This document shows positions 61,631-64,000 of a DNA stretch of 64,000 bases, in pieces. The translations under genes and the position numbers were made by a program. Below the pieces are notes generated by a model that was not told the origin of the DNA, made no database searches, and was given only the letters and a program-made list of their open reading frames with translations. Source of the stretch: a virus (Duplodnaviria; Caudoviricetes); the IMG/VR virus record IMGVR_UViG_3300032038_000018, positions 64,377 to 128,376 of that record, one strand, 5' to 3'. Position 1 is the stretch's first letter. Each line of letters starts with the position of its first letter.

Positions 61631-62128
61631 ATGAATCGATTTAATTATATTAAGCCATTCTTTAAATATCAAATAATTTATCAGTCTATGGAGAATATCC
61701 ATAGACTGATAATACATTAATTATTTTGCAGGTTTTACGACGCCGTTCTTTATGCCTACGCGTTTATTATATTCTGGTAATGTGTCGTATGGCCCAGTAT
61801 TATATATACCATATTGATGCATGGTATTTCTATGACGGGCATATCCTTTTGCCGTACCTTTACCCCTATTGGCTTCTTTATATTCCTGGAAACCGTAAAC
61901 GCCTTCTCCGCGCAATCTTTGGTTTTCTGCGCGTCTTGAGTCTTGGATAGTTCTCTCACTAAGCCAACTATTACCACGACCATGTGTTTGCTTTAAGTAA
62001 TTGCGTTCACGCTCAACTCTAACTTGATCGCGACTTTTGCCTTTGTTTTGTTCATGCCTATAATCCCTAGCAGGTCCTTCCATAGCTTCAAAGTAGTTCT
62101 CATCGAACACGTCTACATCTTCGTATGC
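61259..62128. repeat. 75-bp inverted repeat (61259-61333 / 62054-62128)
   Basis: 3 mismatches in 75 bp; both arms encode AYEDVD(M/V)FDENYFEAMEGPARDYRH. Confidence 0.85.
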
Positions 62129-62215
62129 ATCATCATAGTCGTCATAGTCATCGTCATACATGTCTACGTCTTCTATTGCATCATCGAAGAAATCATATTC
62201 AAATATATCATTCAT
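61721..62215 (-). CDS. Putative internal head protein, paralogue of 61184-61630
   Basis: Same leader, different basic C-terminus. Confidence 0.65.
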   Translation of the reverse strand: MNDIFEYDFFDDAIEDVDMYDDDYDDYDDAYEDVDVFDENYFEAMEGPARDYRHEQNKGKSRDQVRVERERNYLKQTHGRGNSWLSERTIQDSRRAENQRLRGEGVYGFQEYKEANRGKGTAKGYARHRNTMHQYGIYNTGPYDTLPEYNKRVGIKNGVVKPAK

Positions 62216-62242
62216 GATGTTTAACTCCTTTCGAGTGATTAG

Positions 62243-62256
62243 ATTATCAAGTTGTT
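62243..62256 (-). promoter_or_regulatory. Putative late promoter AACA-N6-TAAT
   Basis: Recurrent motif. Confidence 0.55.
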
Positions 62257-62322
62257 TTTGATATGCGCTTGTAAAAATAAGTCTATGAATTTATTCATAG
62301 ACTTATTTTTATTTAAACTAGA

Positions 62323-63591
62323 TTACACCATATCATGGAGAGGATCATAATCGTAATCAAAATCCTCATCATATGCATCATATGATTCCTCTACGAACTC
62401 ATATGCACCAGGAATTGAATCATAAAGATCGAGAGCTTCCTGAGTATATTCGAGGTCAGCCTTAGCATCTTCATATGCAACCTGATACAGACGATCGAGT
62501 ACATATCCTACATTTTCTTCCTGAATAAGATCACGAGTCTGAGATTTTACAGAAGCACGCATGTCGTCTGCGTTGCCAACATGTCCAGTCAAATAATGAC
62601 CGAAATTCTTAGACTTGCGATCCACAGATATGTCTCTTTCGCTCTTGTTACCTTTAATAACCTTATTAGCGAATTTATAAGTGGACTTAACCTCATTGAG
62701 ATCTTCTTTATCCATTTTCTCGCCATTGTCTTTACGTACATATCCTCTTGCAAGTCTTGCACCAAATGCATCAGTTGCCCTGATACCAACGTCGTACATA
62801 GATACAACCTTATTAAGAGCTTCTTTAATTGCACCAGTTGACCATTCTGCTGCAACTTTAACAGATTTCCAACCATTGCCAAACTCGCCGTTCGCATTAA
62901 AGATTTCACGAAGCTTATTGTAGCCAACTTTAGTTGTATTAACACCTAAAGGACCATAAGATGAAAGGGACTTAAGATCTGCAGAAACTTTCTCAGCCTT
63001 TCCTTTCTGCTCAGCAAGTCTTAATGCAATCTGCTCTTTAGACTTTTCCCAGCTTTTCATCTCTTTTGAATCAGATGAAAGATCCTTATCGATCATGTCC
63101 ATTCCGCCACGGCGCTTCATATTTTCGGTGATGTCATAATTTGTTGACTTGCCATCTTTTGTTCTTGTTACATATGCGAAATCTTCTTTTTCATCCGATG
63201 ACGACTTATATGTCCTAAACTCAGAATTTCCACTCTTACCTGCAGATACTGAATAACCAGGAGTCTTCTTAAATGCTGACTTTGAAACCTTGGCATCGGT
63301 CTTAGCTACAGCAGAATATGCTGCGTACAGTGCCTGAATCTGAGTATTGCATGCGATAAGAATATCAGCAATATTTTTACCAATATCATCGATCTTCTTC
63401 ATCGCATCTTTGGAGTCCTGCTTAACTTCTGCTGCAGTTGTTGTACCAGTCATACGTCTGATCTTAAGAGCAACATCGTCCATCCACTTCTTAATTTTTC
63501 TACCAGCTGCCTTGATTTTTTCAAGCACAGAAGAGAAGAAATCTCCTATGCCTTCATTAGCAGGCTCGTATCCATAATCGAAACCATACAT
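62323..63591 (-). CDS. Putative internal head (ejection-type) protein
   Basis: PANEGIGDFF..VLEKIK..GRKIKKW amphipathic helix after an A-x-E site, as in phiKZ-like inner head proteins; acidic C-terminal tail. Confidence 0.6.
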   Translation of the reverse strand: MYGFDYGYEPANEGIGDFFSSVLEKIKAAGRKIKKWMDDVALKIRRMTGTTTAAEVKQDSKDAMKKIDDIGKNIADILIACNTQIQALYAAYSAVAKTDAKVSKSAFKKTPGYSVSAGKSGNSEFRTYKSSSDEKEDFAYVTRTKDGKSTNYDITENMKRRGGMDMIDKDLSSDSKEMKSWEKSKEQIALRLAEQKGKAEKVSADLKSLSSYGPLGVNTTKVGYNKLREIFNANGEFGNGWKSVKVAAEWSTGAIKEALNKVVSMYDVGIRATDAFGARLARGYVRKDNGEKMDKEDLNEVKSTYKFANKVIKGNKSERDISVDRKSKNFGHYLTGHVGNADDMRASVKSQTRDLIQEENVGYVLDRLYQVAYEDAKADLEYTQEALDLYDSIPGAYEFVEESYDAYDEDFDYDYDPLHDMV

Positions 63592-63730
63592 ATTGAATTT
63601 CCTCCTTTATATTTATCATGATAAATATAATGATTGATATATTAATATATTTGTTATATTGTATGAGTGCCATATTTCAACAAAAAAACAGCTAGGCTAA
63701 GCTAACTGTTTTTAGTTTAATGATTATGAG

Positions 63731-64000
63731 TCAACAAAATATATTAGATATATCATCAGTTATTATATTTAATGTTACATCTAATTTCTCTTCATCTAAA
63801 TAATCGCAAGCATAAATTGGATTATCTATATTTGACCCATAAATTAATTCAGCAAATGGATCGCCCACAAATATATTTTTCGGTACGAATTTAAAATATA
63901 CTATAGTAAACTTTTCCTTATGCACTATGTCATACGACTGTTTACATATAGCCTGTGAGGATCCAAATTCTGGATTAGAAAACATTTTTGCATCATCTGA
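63731..64000 (-). CDS. Hypothetical protein, possibly truncated by the window edge
   Basis: ORF ends at 63731 and reads toward the window end. Confidence 0.4.
   Translation of the reverse strand, partial: SDDAKMFSNPEFGSSQAICKQSYDIVHKEKFTIVYFKFVPKNIFVGDPFAELIYGSNIDNPIYACDYLDEEKLDVTLNIITDDISNIFC

Noticed and set aside
1-64000. Alternative genetic code (stop-codon recoding)
   Set aside because: Long conserved genes are intact and densely packed under the standard code
1-64000. tRNA or rRNA genes, introns and inteins
   Set aside because: No cloverleaf or T-loop motifs, homing endonuclease or intein motifs recognised by eye; tRNAscan and Infernal were not run, so small RNAs cannot be fully excluded

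Overview
This window is a 64-kb, AT-rich segment of a contractile-tailed jumbo phage of the phiKZ/AR9(PBS1)-related type. The host is probably a Firmicute (inferred from AAGGAGG/GGTGA ribosome-binding sites and gene families typical of Clostridia). Replication and expression genes include an SF2 helicase C-terminus, an SbcC/Rad50 ATPase, a family-B DNA polymerase split into two distant genes, a GroEL-like chaperonin and multisubunit RNA polymerase beta-prime fragments. Structural genes include a tail sheath-tube-portal block, a ~21-kb tail-fibre/receptor-binding region, a prohead protease, internal head proteins and the major capsid protein. The main finding is a pair of tandem paralogous ~634-aa genes (26819-28720 and 28866-30770) whose 3' ends show the signature of diversity-generating retroelement (DGR) variable regions. 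Each is followed by a conserved hairpin cassette flanked by mirror-image G-tracts. No template repeat or reverse transcriptase is visible in the window, so both targets appear to be remote. Other notable features are a recurrent late-type promoter (RACA-N6-TAA, AR9-like), an early-type motif (TTATATATYAT), head proteins with acidic propeptides ending in A-x-E followed by basic cargo, a 28-cysteine CxxxC domain on a tail protein, and an array of eight paralogues sharing a C-terminal module. All calls come from manual motif reading; no database searches were run.
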